A stretch of 64,000 nucleotides of DNA from Rhina ancylostomus (Eukaryota), in the NCBI GenBank assembly GCA_030265395.1, contig JARFYF010000074.1, forward strand, positions 33,870,979 through 33,934,978. Reading direction: 5' to 3'. The notes under the pieces were generated by a model, which was given only the letters and a program-made list of their open reading frames with translations, searched no databases and was not told where the DNA came from. The stretch's first letter is position 1. Each line of letters starts with the position of its first letter. Shown here piece by piece: positions 41,021 to 54,663 of this stretch. Position numbers and translations under genes: made by a program.

Positions 41021-43359
41021 AGGGTGAGTCGTGGTCTAGGACAGCTCAATGTATTCAAATAATTAAAGTTATCTTAATTTCAAAACTTAACTAAAATGTA
41101 AATAATTACAGTAAAATAAAGCAAAATTGTTTCCCCTCTGGCTTCTAAATCTTTATTCTCTGATCTTCAATGAAATCATTTGCATCTATCAGTACTTTCT
41201 GGACTTCCACAATTCAGTCCAGATGCCAAACTCTGGGACCTCTACGGTTTCAAGGCTGAAAATCAGCAAATGTCGGCATGATCCAAACCTAACTAACCAT
41301 CTCAAATGCCAAGAGTCCTCTAGTGAATCCCCAGTTCTCTTCTAGGTTTCAGTTTTTAATCTCTGGAGGAAAGAGAAATCCACCTATGGTGATTACAGCA
41401 GGGACTTGTCATGCTCAACCAGTTCCACCAACAGCCAAATTGCAGTGTGTATTCCATCCATCTGGCAACACAAGGAACACAATCTGAAATGTGGGTCAGT
41501 TCCAAGTGAAATGTAGAGAGTAGCACAGACCATTAGGTGCTGCCCTTCTTTTGATCTCAAAGCTTTGTCTTCATCAATTGAGTGTGCAGAATCCTCCTTA
41601 AATTCAGCTGCCTGCAGAAGTGTCTCCATCTAATGTCTGTTACATGACAGCTTGCAAGTCATGACCTTAACAAATGGATGCACAACAGATCTGCTCTCAG
41701 TACAGATTTTTCAAGCAAAGTTGCATCATTATCTCTTTTCTCAATTCTTCTCACTGTGGTATTGCACCTCGTTCCCAATGGGCTGGGCACTGAAGTGGAG
41801 GTAATTTACAAGGCAAATGGATCTTGCTCTTTTAGACCTCCAGAACATGGGTCAACCCAACTTTAATTATTAACCTGCAGTATGTACAAGACACTTGTAT
41901 GTGTGCGCATGTTCAGAGGTCACACTCTAAATCAGTGACTCTTTCAACAAGAGAATGGGCCTTTCACTTAATATCTGACAAAGATCCTCAATCAACCTGC
42001 CCCTACATATCCCTCCTTACTAGAGATTTGCATCTTTTCCAACCCTGGCAGTGAAGTCATTGTGGAGGATCAGATGGTCTCCCTTTGGATTGCAAACCAG
42101 GGTCTTTTCAAGACTGGAGTAGAAATTCTCCATGACCCAATCTGTACATTCCAGAATTGAGGTATATGGGCTAATAACCGCAGCTGGGAAGATGGAATCA
42201 AAATGGCTAGACTAGTTCATTTTTGACAGCAAAGCTTCACCTATGTAGACAGTGTTCACTTTCCAGTTTGTCCTTCCAGTAGGTGGCATACCCACCACCA
42301 TACGTCTGAGATCAGCTCTTGTCCATTGCGTCAATGTCAAAACATTTGAGCTCCCAGGCTATAGCACTACAGCTTTCAGAGGTGTCCACAAGGGTTCGGA
42401 CCTTGCTGTCCAGAACTTCAGATTAAGGAATGGAAAATGCCTGGACAGGATTACTTTTATTGTAGGATTACCATTGAATGAGGTCTTGACCGGGTGGCAG
42501 ATTGGACACTAGGGTCTGCTGTCTGAACATTAAAACACACACACAGACACAAATACTTGCTTCCCTCAGATTCCCTCTTCCCATTAAAGCTCCCTCTTTT
42601 TCACCTGCTACTTGGCCTCCTCCTTCCATCCCAGGTTTGAGCACGCTCCTGCAAACTTGGTAATTAGCATATTCATCTGGATTAGATTCACCCACATCAA
42701 TAAAACCATGCATAAAAGCTTTCAGCCAGTTTTGTTGTAGAACTCAGGCCATGAGTGTAGATGCTTCAACTTCAATCACTTCTATTGAAGAAAAATTTTC
42801 AGTGATCATTTTCCACAGTCTTTAAGTTTCTTCTGTTAAAAAATTTGAATTCTTCCCTTCTTGGGTTCAATGGCCAAGAATCAAGGGGCCGTTAAACAGT
42901 CAACGTACTGCTGAAAAACAAATGTTTTATTCCATGATCTTCTTCCTAGTGGAAATTTAATGGTGCCCTTGGCCCAAGACATTAAGCACTAATGAACAAG
43001 CGTTATTGGCCTTACAGAAGGTCTTTCCTTTGAGTACGTTGACACTGAGGAGCTCACAAAGGAATCTGTTAAGTTGGTGGGCGAGGGGGTTTGGAAACCA
43101 TGGGGGAAATGGAGCACAGGAGTGAACGAACAGGGAGTGGTGGGAAAGGATGTTGAGCTGAGCCAGAGATGACTGGAACATCAAGTTGGTCAGGGGTCGA
43201 TTGACAGGAGTGGGTGAGTGGAGGGGCAGTCATTTCAGGAAGACTGCATCAACAAGTCAGTAGATTATAGTGTTGGGAGGCAGGGGAAATTGCAAGAGGC
43301 TAGAAATATACTTATCCATTTCTCCCTGGGCTCTACACCCCAAATATATTCCTAGAGGT

Positions 43360-43600
43360 AACATATACAAGGGATATAGCAACAAATTCCACTGGCCACT
43401 TCATGCCCAGGCAGGTACCCTTTGGGTGATACCAAAACAGACCTCAAATGTTGTATCATTTCCTACTTCCACTACTGACAGCACAAACCACAGATGGACA
43501 AAGATCCCAGATATGGCATTCACGTGTGGGCTGCATGGCCATGAATGCCACTCCACATCTAGACTCCTGCTCCTCTTGGTGCACCAGATACACAGAGAAC
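43360..43600 (+). mobile_element. Possible RTE-clade LINE 3' remnant
   Basis: AFTCGLHGHECHSTSRLL resembles the RTE C-terminal CxxCGRxCHSRIGL motif. Confidence 0.4.
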
Positions 43601-44100
43601 CCAGAAGGAAAACTTATGAACCACCCAACTCAGCTAGGCCCTGATATTCCTGTCCTTTTATTGTCACATTTCACATTTTCAAGATTACTGAGCCTCACCA
43701 TGCANNNNNNNNNNNNNNNNNNNNNNNNNNNNNNNNNNNNNNNNNNNNNNNNNNNNNNNNNNNNNNNNNNNNNNNNNNNNNNNNNNNNNNNNNNNNNNNN
43801 NNNNTGAGCCTCACCATGCAAATTTCTAGCAGTTTTCTAGATTGAATATGGCAGCGAGATCAGTTCCTTGACTTTTTCATTTTAAATTAACTGAGCTACC
43901 TCTTGAACAAATCCAGAACTTAGACAAGGGCCTTTGTTCTATTGCATAAAAGACAATGAACAGGTTCTATGTCATGACATACCACATAAGAGAATGTAGA
44001 AAAGAGTAGACTATTTGCCCCTTAAGCTTATTTTCCAATTCAACATGATCATGCTGATCTGAGACTCATGTTCATGTAAAGTATTGCCATATATCCCTAA

Positions 44101-45239
44101 CAGGCCTCCCCTCCCAACCCCACTGTTAGTAATGGACCCCTCACCCACATATTATCAATTTCCCCCACTTCTGCTCTTACCCCCAGATAGAACAGGGGTA
44201 GAATTCTCCGGTCCTCACCTACCACCCCACTGCCTACACATCAAGCACAATATTCTTCATCACTTCTGCAGGTTAGAACGTGATCCCACCACCAGCCACA
44301 TTTTCCCCTCCCTACCCCTTTGTTTTCCGCAGGGATCAGACTCTCCACGACTCCCTTGTCCACTCATCTCTCCCGAGGCACCTTCCCCTGTAACCATAGG
44401 TGTAACATCTGATCCTAGATCTCCTCCCTCATCAACATCCAGGGCCCAAAACAGCCCTTCCAAGTGAGGCAGACATTCACATGCAAATCCTCCAGCCTTG
44501 TTGTTTGCATCCAGTGCTCCCACTGTGGCCTCCTCTACATTTAGGGACACCAAGCGCAAAACTGTTTGGAGGTCCTGGTTGCTAACCCTTTTAATTCTCC
44601 TCCCCATTCCCCCACTGTTCTGCCTGGCTTCAGCCTCCTCCACTGCCAGGGTGAAGCCAAATGCAAACCAGAGGAACAGCATCTCATATTCCACACAGGT
44701 ACTCTACAACACAACAGCATGAACAATGAAATCTCCGATTTCAGGTAAACTCCTCCACCAATGTCTTTTTTCTCTCTTCTGATTCACCCAGCTCCTCCTA
44801 CACTCAACCCAGCCCCCATCACCCTGTTTCTTTCCCTTCCTCCACCCACTCCATCTGCCTATCATCCACATATTCTTCCCACCAGTTCCCCTCTCCCATT
44901 GTTCCCATCTGCCCTCCCCAACTCCCTCATTGATTCCATGCTACACCTTCCTCTATCAGATTCCAATTTCAGCCCTTTGTTGCCTCCACCTATCACAATT
45001 TCCACTCTCCCCTTCTCCAACTGCCCATTAGCCCTCTTCATCTGGATCCACTCATCACTTGCCAGCTCCTGCTCCACCCCTTCCCCTCACCCTTTTATAG
45101 AGGCTATCTCCCCTGTCTTTCAGTCCAGATGAAGCGTCTCAACCCAAAATGTCCGCTTCATTTCCCTCCACAGATGCTACTTGACCCACTGAGTTTTCCA
45201 GCATCTTGTTTTTTTTACTCCAGATCTGCAGTTTCTGTG
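44101..45239 (+). mobile_element. Penelope-like retroelement, 3' part (GIY-YIG endonuclease remnant plus pseudo-LTR)
   Basis: HNILHHFCRLERDPTTSHIFP, FRRDQTLHDSLVHSS, QGPKQPFQVRQTFTC, IQCSHCGLLYIxDTKR (GIY-YIG-like); terminal hammerhead-like motif; tatccctaa duplicated at 44092 and 45240. Confidence 0.85.
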
Positions 45240-45534
45240 TATCCCTAAATATTATTACTGAACAGGTTATAATTAAAAATATTTAATAGTTGCCCCAGCA
45301 TCAACTGCTGCTTGCAGAGTTCAAAACTTAGTCTTTGAATGTAAACCATTGAAAGATTCTGATTAGGAGACAAGGGATCTAGTTTCTATCTACCTTCAAA
45401 GTACCTCATAGGTTTCTAAATTCTAGGATTCAACTCTTGTTTATGTAATTTTACCTCTGGAGACAGGTATTATTCTTACGTACATTGAACTCCCTCAAAA
45501 CCCAATGAAAACAAAATGTCTGTAGGAGAAGGGT

Positions 45535-45832
45535 AAACAAGAGAATAGGTGAAATTGTTAAATTCAATACTGAGTCCTGTTTAGTGCAATGTACTCAGGC
45601 AAAAAATGAGGTGCTGTTCCTCAAGCTTCCTCTGGGCATTGTTGGGACAATGGCAGGTTGAAGACACTAGGTTAGAATGGGAGTGGGAAGAATTAAAGTG
45701 ACAGGCAACTTGGAGCTCAAGATTACCCTTGTGGACTGAATAGAGGTGTTCTGCAAGGTAGTCACCCGACCTCTATTTGCTTACTTCAATGCAGAGGAAA
45801 CCACACTGGGTACCAGATGCAATGCATTAAAT
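45535..45832 (-). mobile_element. Older Penelope-like GIY-YIG fragment in opposite orientation
   Basis: atgaggtgctgttcctcaagc is approximately the reverse complement of gaggaacagcatctcat (44671); gggagtgggaagaattaaagtgacaggcaac is approximately the reverse complement of 44578-44612. Confidence 0.7.
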
Positions 45833-46107
45833 GATCCTCTTATGCCTGAATTCTCTCATGGGTCATTTTGCAAACCATTTGATCCTGCAAAATAGAATTT
45901 AAAATGGAGTGGAAGTTGCACCACTTTGCCAGTGGCTTTAACCTATTTGCCAATTATTTTCTCTGCATGTGCCAAACCCGTAGCTCCTGAAAATCTCTGA
46001 CAACGCTGAATTAAAATATATGCTCAAGATTATCACTGCCTTGTACAAGACCTCAGCTGTTGTTCATGCTGTAGATTTAGCAATATCTCGCATGTCTCAA
46101 AAGCTAC

Positions 46108-46180
46108 TGTAGCGACTAGCTACACTGAATAAAGACACGGGACACTTGTTTGGAGTCCAAGAGTCGAATGAACGACTGGG
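46108..46180. mobile_element. Probable LTR terminus adjoining a 781-N gap
   Basis: Abrupt CpG-rich sequence beginning TGTAGCGACT (reverse complement ends GCTACA), directly before a gap of solo-LTR size. Confidence 0.45.
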
Positions 46181-47577
46181 NNNNNNNNNNNNNNNNNNNN
46201 NNNNNNNNNNNNNNNNNNNNNNNNNNNNNNNNNNNNNNNNNNNNNNNNNNNNNNNNNNNNNNNNNNNNNNNNNNNNNNNNNNNNNNNNNNNNNNNNNNNN
46301 NNNNNNNNNNNNNNNNNNNNNNNNNNNNNNNNNNNNNNNNNNNNNNNNNNNNNNNNNNNNNNNNNNNNNNNNNNNNNNNNNNNNNNNNNNNNNNNNNNNN
46401 NNNNNNNNNNNNNNNNNNNNNNNNNNNNNNNNNNNNNNNNNNNNNNNNNNNNNNNNNNNNNNNNNNNNNNNNNNNNNNNNNNNNNNNNNNNNNNNNNNNN
46501 NNNNNNNNNNNNNNNNNNNNNNNNNNNNNNNNNNNNNNNNNNNNNNNNNNNNNNNNNNNNNNNNNNNNNNNNNNNNNNNNNNNNNNNNNNNNNNNNNNNN
46601 NNNNNNNNNNNNNNNNNNNNNNNNNNNNNNNNNNNNNNNNNNNNNNNNNNNNNNNNNNNNNNNNNNNNNNNNNNNNNNNNNNNNNNNNNNNNNNNNNNNN
46701 NNNNNNNNNNNNNNNNNNNNNNNNNNNNNNNNNNNNNNNNNNNNNNNNNNNNNNNNNNNNNNNNNNNNNNNNNNNNNNNNNNNNNNNNNNNNNNNNNNNN
46801 NNNNNNNNNNNNNNNNNNNNNNNNNNNNNNNNNNNNNNNNNNNNNNNNNNNNNNNNNNNNNNNNNNNNNNNNNNNNNNNNNNNNNNNNNNNNNNNNNNNN
46901 NNNNNNNNNNNNNNNNNNNNNNNNNNNNNNNNNNNNNNNNNNNNNNNNNNNNNNNNNNNNNACTGAAATACATCAGTCTTGGACAAAATATCCTGATGTA
47001 AATATCTCTAGAAATATACCCTTTCACAAGTGGCAGAATTGCAGCTTTGTTTTGTGTTACAATTACTAAGCCTTAATAGCAAAACAATGTTACAACAGAC
47101 AGCTCTTCTACTTGGCACGTTCGCTGAATTTTTACCAATGTATTTGTTAAAATTATCTTCTGAAAGCTAAATATTTTTGGCCTTGAAGTTTTGATGTTTA
47201 TAATATGGGAATAATAACTCATTGGGGCCTGATTATCACTATAGCCTGACTCAACCACGTCTTGGCTTTGCCTCGAAAGATTTTGAATTTCAGAAAACAA
47301 CTTGCTCGAAGTATCCAAGTATTCATTTTCTGTGTGTGTCGCTAATTTACAGTTTATTAATCAAGTATATGCTCTGAGAACAATCTGGATTTCTATCAAT
47401 TTGCCAGGTTTTGTGGTGTGTACATTGCTTAAAACTGGATGTAAAATGTCTCCCTCTTCTGTCAAGAGATAGCAAGAATGTATCTAATATCGCTTAAGTT
47501 ACATCTGTTAAGTTTATACATTGAATAAAAGCATAACAAAATGTCATTCTGAATTTGCTTCACTTAGTTCCATAACA

Positions 47578-47940
47578 AGCAGCTCAGTGGTGCTAGTAGA
47601 GCCACTGCCTAGCAGAGACCCAGGTTCAATCCTGACCTCAGGTGCTGTCTGCATGGTTTGCACATTCTCCCTGTGGCCACATGGGTTTCCTCCAGATACT
47701 CGGGTTTCCTCCAGCATCCCAAAGGTTGTATGGGTTGGTAGGTTAACTAGCCACTGTAAATTACGCCTCGTGTTAGGTGACTAGTAAAATCTGGCCGGGG
47801 GGTGGGGTTGATAGGAATGTGGGGAGAATAAAGAAAAGGGATCAGTGGTAAAATTAGTGAAAACAGGTGGTTAATGATTAACATGAGTTGAGGGCAGGAA
47901 GGCCTTTTTCCATGCTGTAAATCTCTCTATCACTATGACT
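47578..47940 (+). mobile_element. tRNA-derived SINE (V-SINE/HE1-like)
   Basis: cccaggttcaatcctgacctcaggtgctgtctg, tttgcacattctccctgtg, gggtttcctcc; tail gaaggcctttttccatgctgta. Confidence 0.85.
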
Positions 47941-48869
47941 AATTTAGAGATTTACTACATGGGCCTACATTTGGTCACGTAGAAGTAAATGCAGGTTTTG
48001 AGGCTGGAGAAACCTGGATAAATGTACTCCTCAGCATCCTGAATTTTTTAATTGCAAGATTTTATTTCCTATACTATATCCTAAAAATTTTAAAGGATAA
48101 CTAAAGTGTTAATTGGAGGATTTATATTATTTTATCTAATTCTAACGATGGTACAAAAATGACAAACATCATAAGCAGTGTAGAAGCCTGAATGGATATT
48201 TAGTGGAGTGCAAGGTCACAGCTGAGTTGGGAACAAGTCTCAGCTGAGAAGAAGTTTGTCTAGTGGATGGTGGAGGGGAGACAGAGGTAGTTAACTTGAC
48301 TGCTTAGCAGGTCTGGTCAAAACATTACTCTTTCATTATTGTTTGCAAACAGTACTATAAAAGCACTTACATCAAGGATTCAATCCTTCTCATCTTTCTT
48401 CACTTGCTGGATTTCTTGAGCCCGTAAAATCCCAATTAAATTTACTCAGCACAGAAAATTTCCAGCCCAGAATACCATGGGCACAATTTAATTATTCTTC
48501 CAGCTGCTCTATGTATAAACAATGAATAAAGATAATTTCCCTTTAATAGATTTATATCGGTTGGCTTACAACTTCTGCAGCCAAATGAATCCAAAACCAC
48601 CACTATGGTGAAACCAGACATACTCAAACGAACTGACCAGACTGTTCTGCTGCTCAAATTCTACATTAATGGCACCTACACTAACCCATTTTGGACACAG
48701 AAGGCTGACCAAACAAACCCAAAAGGCATTTCTCAAGACGAAGCAGACTACATGCAGAAAGGAGGTCTGGAACTCTTGCGATCTTTCATTACTTAGCCAA
48801 TATGCTTCTTTACTTTTGCTGCCAAAAATGTGCAATTTTGGCTTTTCCCATTTAATCTTAGTTTAAGTG

Positions 48870-49570
48870 ATTGGGAAAAGGTCTAGCCAATCTAGATCCC
48901 TTTGTAGCATTATGTCAACTTCACAACTTATTTTCCCAACTATCTTGGTATCAATAACCATGCTAGTGATCATACTTTTGATACCTTTATCCATTTAAGT
49001 CATGAAGCCCAGCCTCTGTGGCTCACCACTAAATACATCTTGCTCACCAGAAAAATAACTTGATATCTACTATTCATTTCCTGCAAGCAGTCCGATTTTC
49101 TATCCATGCTAATATAGAACCAACTACTGAATGGACTTTTACTTTCCACAATAATCTTTGATGGGGAACCTTATCAAATTCCTTCTGGATATTTTAGCAC
49201 TTTACATCCATTGGTTTCCCACCATATGCAGCTTTTTCTTAATAGAAATATAATTAATTGGTCGGAGAGAGTTTTGGTTTCACAAGGCTATACTTACCTT
49301 GCCTGATTACCTTAATTTTTATTTTTAAATGCCCTGCTTTAACATGTTTAATAATACTTCCAACATTTTTCATACAAGGTTAAGCAAACTGACCTGCAGT
49401 TACCCACTTTGTCTCCCTCCCTTTTTGATTGAGGGAGTTATTATTTATGGAACTGTTATTTTCAAATCAAATTAACTTTTCCATAATCTACAGAACTTTG
49501 AAAAGTTAAAATCAATGCAATTATTTTGCTAATCATTTCTTTTAAGATCCAAGGATGAAGCCCATCAGAT
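48870..49570 (-). mobile_element. Old CR1 RT fragment
   Basis: gggaaccttatcaaattccttctgga (QK.FDKVP) and taagcaaactgacctgcagttaccc (GNCRSVCL, similar to NYRPVSL). Confidence 0.65.
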
Positions 49571-50708
49571 TTCAGTTTCAATGGCAAATGTCAATGCAAT
49601 TTGCCCCTTTATGAAATACCTCATCCAATTATCCTTTTTTGCATCTTCTTTATTAGTAAACTGAAAGGCAAATTATTAAACAATGAAATTCCTAAAAAAT
49701 TTTGACTTTCACTAATATTAGAGCAATAGTTCATGAATATCAAACTGCATGCCCATAACCTTTAACATTTTCATTGTTATCTGCAATTGACTGCTGAGTG
49801 TTTGTGATTGTTAATACAGTTGGATCTTCCAAAACATATTAATTCAAATAAGTGCACATTCTATTTATTAGTCCATATAAAGCATGGATTTCCCTGTTAT
49901 TTTTCTGGAATCAATTATCAGATGCAACTGTGAGGTTTATTTCCACAATATAGCAAACAGTACTAACAGCAGCATGAATTCAAATGGGAAAGATGCCTTT
50001 TCAGAGGATACACTTCAAGTAAACTGTAAAAAGCTTGTAACCCGATGTGCCAAAGTTTCCAAAAATAAAATATTACATACCGTGAATGGAAGTTTACCAC
50101 TATGGACACAGGAAATGGCTTAAAAATACTCTGGAGTATAAAATACCAGGTATCAGTTAGAGAAGCAATGTCACGGCAGAGAAAAGATTGGAGTGTTTCA
50201 AGATAAAACATTGGGACCAACCATGACTTCAGTGATTAGAGTCACAAAGTAAAATCAAATTTGAATAGTATAACTAATCCAGGAAGGCCAGCTAATAGAT
50301 TGGTCAAACACATTTACTGATAAATGATTGCAGGCATTATTTTTTTTGTTTGCAATTAGTCCATACAAAAGGCTCAGATTTGACCTTGGTGCAGCAAAAA
50401 ACCAAAGTTTGCAAATTAATGTCAAACCATTTTTAAAATGGGCAACTGTCAAATGCAACAGTATTTAATTGACATCGTAAATATGTACAGTACTGTGGAA
50501 TCATTACAAATTGCTTGAGAAATGTTTTTGTTATTTTCTAATGAGAAATTACAAAAGGAAATCAATATTAAACTGAAAGTTCTTTCATTTGTATCTCTCA
50601 AAATCATGCTTTAATCACCTTTATGCCCATATTTTAAGTTTAACCAAACACATCAACAAAAGACAAATAGGTTGATTGCCAACAAGACAAAGTAAATTAT
50701 GACACAAC

Positions 50709-50714
50709 TTTATT
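50709..50714 (-). terminator. Candidate distal polyadenylation signal AATAAA
   Basis: Plus-strand tttatt. The mRNA continues GTTGTGTCATAATTTACTTTGTCTTGTTGG (GU/U-rich downstream element). Confidence 0.55.
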
Positions 50715-52084
50715 GTAATCCTGAAATCTCAATGATCACACAAATGTACAATGCATGTTTACAACTATGATTTTCTGAAACTTTAATACTGTGCAAAAAC
50801 AACATAACACAGCTTTTTTGTAAATCACACTTTGGGATCTACTCAAACCAGACAAACTTTGGAACAATTTATCCAGACACGTCACACAAAATAAGAATGG
50901 ACAACATGAACATTGGTTACAGAATTAATTTCTGTGAGAACAGACCAAAATCTTATAGTATGACCAAATTATTAGAAATTTTCTAAAAGCATCAAAATGG
51001 AGCCATCACTTTGAGCAAAATGTTTAATTATTGTACATCACATGGAAATGCCCAAAGTAAATAGCAATAAAAAGAGATTGCAACTGCATTAGATTCTGTT
51101 TACTGACTACAACTGAAGTTTACAAAGTCCTCTGCTAGTTATGAAAACATTTCATTATCCCAAAGTGGCATACATAAAAAACTACCATTGTAAGGCCACG
51201 ATAAACTGGGTTCACTCAGACTACCAATTTTTTGACTCAAGTACCAATTAGAATGTACAATGAAAACAAGTTTGTAGAGAAAAAAGACTGCATATAGCAG
51301 TCTGCTGCTTAGAAATGCAGCTATGCAATATTCCAATGGAACTCTGAGGCAGCTCTACCAAACTGCATTAACACTATTAACATCCAGTCAGATTACATTC
51401 TACAATGATTGTGAGAAGTATATGGACTAATCTTGCAAAATAGTAATGGCAATATTTTGCCACAGAATAGCAAGGAGAATGTTTTTGGTCTGACTTTGTG
51501 GTAGTCCAGCACCACAGATTTCTTGCAATATTGCTGTGATGCATATAAAACTGAACATTTACCATCATAAAAAGCCTTTTAAATAGTGGTCGTAAAGTAG
51601 AAGTACCTTAAAAATGACACAACTCGGGTTCAAAAACTGAAATGCATTGTCAAAAATGTATTTCCACTTGTAATGCCTAACACTACTATTCTTGAAAAAA
51701 TTTAATATGAATTTACATGACTAATTTTAGAAGTCAGCTATAACAAGCTTTAAACAAATCTTTAATAATAGCAGGGAATGTATAGTGGATGCAACAGTGC
51801 ATTTTTTACTTCATGTCAGAATAATGATAATTTATAGCAAAGTAAAATCATGTATCAAAGTGTTTTCTGAAATATTGTATTTACATTTAGACTAAGTTAA
51901 TTGGATTTAATTTCTTTACTGGACTGCATAATGACTGAAACGTGTATCACCGAACAACGTAGAAATTTCCCTTAAACATAGGATGCAATGGGACTGATCA
52001 TGTGAAAGCAAATCAAACATGATATACAAATATGATGATCTAAAGACTTTCTAAACATGCTGAAACAACAGCAATGGCATAACA

Positions 52085-52090
52085 TTTATT
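52085..52090 (-). terminator. Candidate proximal polyadenylation signal AATAAA
   Basis: Plus-strand tttatt. The mRNA continues TGTTATGCCATTGCTGTTGTTTCAGCATGTTT. Confidence 0.4.
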
Positions 52091-53557
52091 TTAACTCTCA
52101 GCACAAAGGATTGAGGAAATACATATACAAATGATTTATACAGGTTGAGGTACACCCAAATTACTCAATTTCCTTTGTCAAAAAACAGCAGACAGGGCAG
52201 ATTTCCTGTATTAACGCCAGATCTGGCTAGGTTCTAAATTTATATTCAAAATGTTAGGTGTATGGAGGCAAGAGTTATCTTAAATACGTTGTGACCAATG
52301 TGCATGAACAGTTTGATGGATATAAACATTAACTTTCATGCATAAAGGAATAAAACAACAGTAAAATAGTCAAAAACAGACATTTTCTTCATGCCTTATT
52401 AATACTTCAGCAACACCTGCCCACACCAACAACTCCCGCGCCCCCCCCCCCAACACACACACACAGCTTTTTAAACAGATTTAGCTTTCCAACATTTACT
52501 CAGGAGAAATTTAGAAAATAGTCATAGCTTAACCAATTCTGGCCTTGTATACCAAAACTGAAAACTTCTAGTGGCAGCAACAAGAAGTTTTCTTGCAATT
52601 TAAAGATCAGTTGTTAAAAGTAGCAGCAGACCAAAAGGCATTTGTATATTCATCACTTTGCAGTCTTGGGAGACTAAATGCAACAGTGTAGTGTTCAATA
52701 CCATGCTAAATAATTCACGGTAAAATTCCTGAGTAGATCAGTTTGCACCACCAATTAAATGACATTTTAGTGCAAACAATGTGTTAATGTTATTTAAAGA
52801 AACAAAGTTACATTTACATATTTACCACCTATATACTTATTCTAACAAGCACTTGACACTGTCAACTTTCTCACAGTCCTTCTTCCCCATATGCAAATTA
52901 TGTCAGAACTTGAAATAATAAAAAACATCTGTAATAATCTAAGTTGGAGCATTGCCATGATAAACCATTTNNNNNNNTCTATAACAAAGAGGCATAGCTT
53001 AAAAAAGTGTTGCCATTTATGTTCGCTGTCTGAATTACATATAAACTATTGTAAATCTGCATTCCATTAATCTATTCCTTTAGATCTGCATAGACTAATT
53101 ACTGTCGTTTTTTAATACTAATATAACAAAGACTCCAAATTTTCTGCAATGTAGTCAGGACTGGACTATTTAATAGCCCAAAATTATTCAGTTATTTTCA
53201 AGTGGGTCAGCAGTTGTAGCAAATTATTTTTCCTCCCCTAAGAAAACATTTAAACCACACAAACTTTAACAGTAACAAACTTAATTTATGGTAGTCTTTA
53301 CACCAATGACAAGCAACTTTTCAAAATATCCATTAAAGGGAATTTGAACAATTTAGTTAAAATCATAAAACTTAATTTTGCTTACTTACTGCCACTGTAA
53401 AATTCCAACTGCTTAATAGCAGCCACATGGTTTATATTCACAGGTCTTGTAGCATTAAGAGATTAACAAATATGCTACAGGTGACATTCATCCAATGTGC
53501 TTTTTACAAATGTGCTTTCAACAGTTCTGTCAAACATAATTAACTTTCAGTGAAATT

Positions 53558-53623
53558 TTACCAATTGGCTTTGACAGCTTTAATATCAGTGACCAGATTC
53601 TGTGCCAGGCAAATTCCAAAGAT
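53558..53623 (-). CDS. TSPAN17: Tetraspanin-17 last coding exon including stop codon
   Basis: Polypyrimidine tract then cccag|ATC. Translates to IFGICLAQNLVTDIKAVKANW*(TAA). The KAVKANW tail is TSPAN17-type (TSPAN5 ends EAVRASW, as recalled). Confidence 0.95.
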   Translation of the reverse strand: MFGICLAQNLVTDIKAVKANW

Positions 53624-53896
53624 CTGGGAAAAAAGGAAATAAACTTAATAAGTTTAAACACATCTGTAATTCTATGAAGACAAAAAACAATGATTTGACC
53701 AACGTACTATGATACATAAAGATATCCAAATTTATGCACAGAAAGATGGAAAAAATGCTGAAAACACCCTCATGCTATCAAAATTATAAGCTGACATTTT
53801 CCTGCATTGCTAGATAACTGGTTCTATTTTTTTTGTCCTTCATTTTTCCATAACAAATTTCTTTTGGAGTTGTTTTTTTCTATCCTATTTACTTAC

Positions 53897-54013
53897 CTGC
53901 AATAAAGCAATAGCAATGAAGATTCCAGCAACCACAATTAAGTTTTCCTGCAGCCACTTCTCAAACTGCCCAACACATCCTTTGGTATAAATATAATCTT
54001 GTTGATCTATTTC
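53897..54013 (-). CDS. TSPAN17: Tetraspanin-17 coding exon (end of large loop and TM4)
   Basis: 117 nt, ttttag| ... CAG|gtaagt. Translates to EIDQQDYIYTKGCVGQFEKWLQENLIVVAGIFIAIALLQ. Confidence 0.95.
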
Positions 54014-54663
54014 CTAAAACAATAAAGAATTTTATTTTGTTACTTTTACAATGCACCCCAAGTTCAATTGCATTTTGATGACAGTCCACTCCCAGGTAAT
54101 TAGAATAGGATTGAACAGAACTAAATTGATATATTTTGCTCAATATCTAACAGCTAGAAATGGCACTATTTTATATAATTAAGATTTAGCCAGCTGGCAT
54201 AGAGCACATTAGAAAGTACTATAACCATTACATCAAATTTCAATAAAATCCACCCTCACACATAAACAACTAATAAAGCCTCAGTCCACTGGCCACATTT
54301 GATAATTCATACTATGGCAACTGCAAGTCTGTGATATTCTGAATAGAAACTTCAAAACTTGAACATAATTTCAGATAATTAGTGAATCAAAAAATGTAAA
54401 TTTTGCAATTAGCATTTGTGTTGTTACCTATTCTGTGCCTGTTCTAAGTGGGTTATCAATTTCCTTCGAAATCCTTACAGCATACCCCAACCACTTTTGT
54501 GAATAGAGTGGAATGAAAAGGGAGGGAACAAGCCAGGACCCAATAAACAGAACATAGACTTTCCTGTTTGTTTTAAGGGGTTCAATTTCCTTAGATTATG
54601 TAGCATTTTCCTAATATAAGTTGCTGACAACTCAAAATCATGACTGAGGAACAGGTTTGTTGA

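Larger units (their letters stand above)
50690..53557 (-). other. TSPAN17: Probable 3' UTR of TSPAN17 (about 2.9 kb)
   Basis: Directly follows the stop codon, has no recognisable transposon remnants, is U-rich on the mRNA strand, and ends near an AATAAA with a GU-rich downstream tract. Confidence 0.6.

Noticed and set aside
1-50000. A second protein-coding gene (UNC5A or a RAP1GDS1 paralogue expected from paralogon synteny)
   Set aside because: I found no exon translating to recognisable Ig, TSP1, ZU5 or armadillo sequence. Small exons could have been missed by eye or hidden in gaps.
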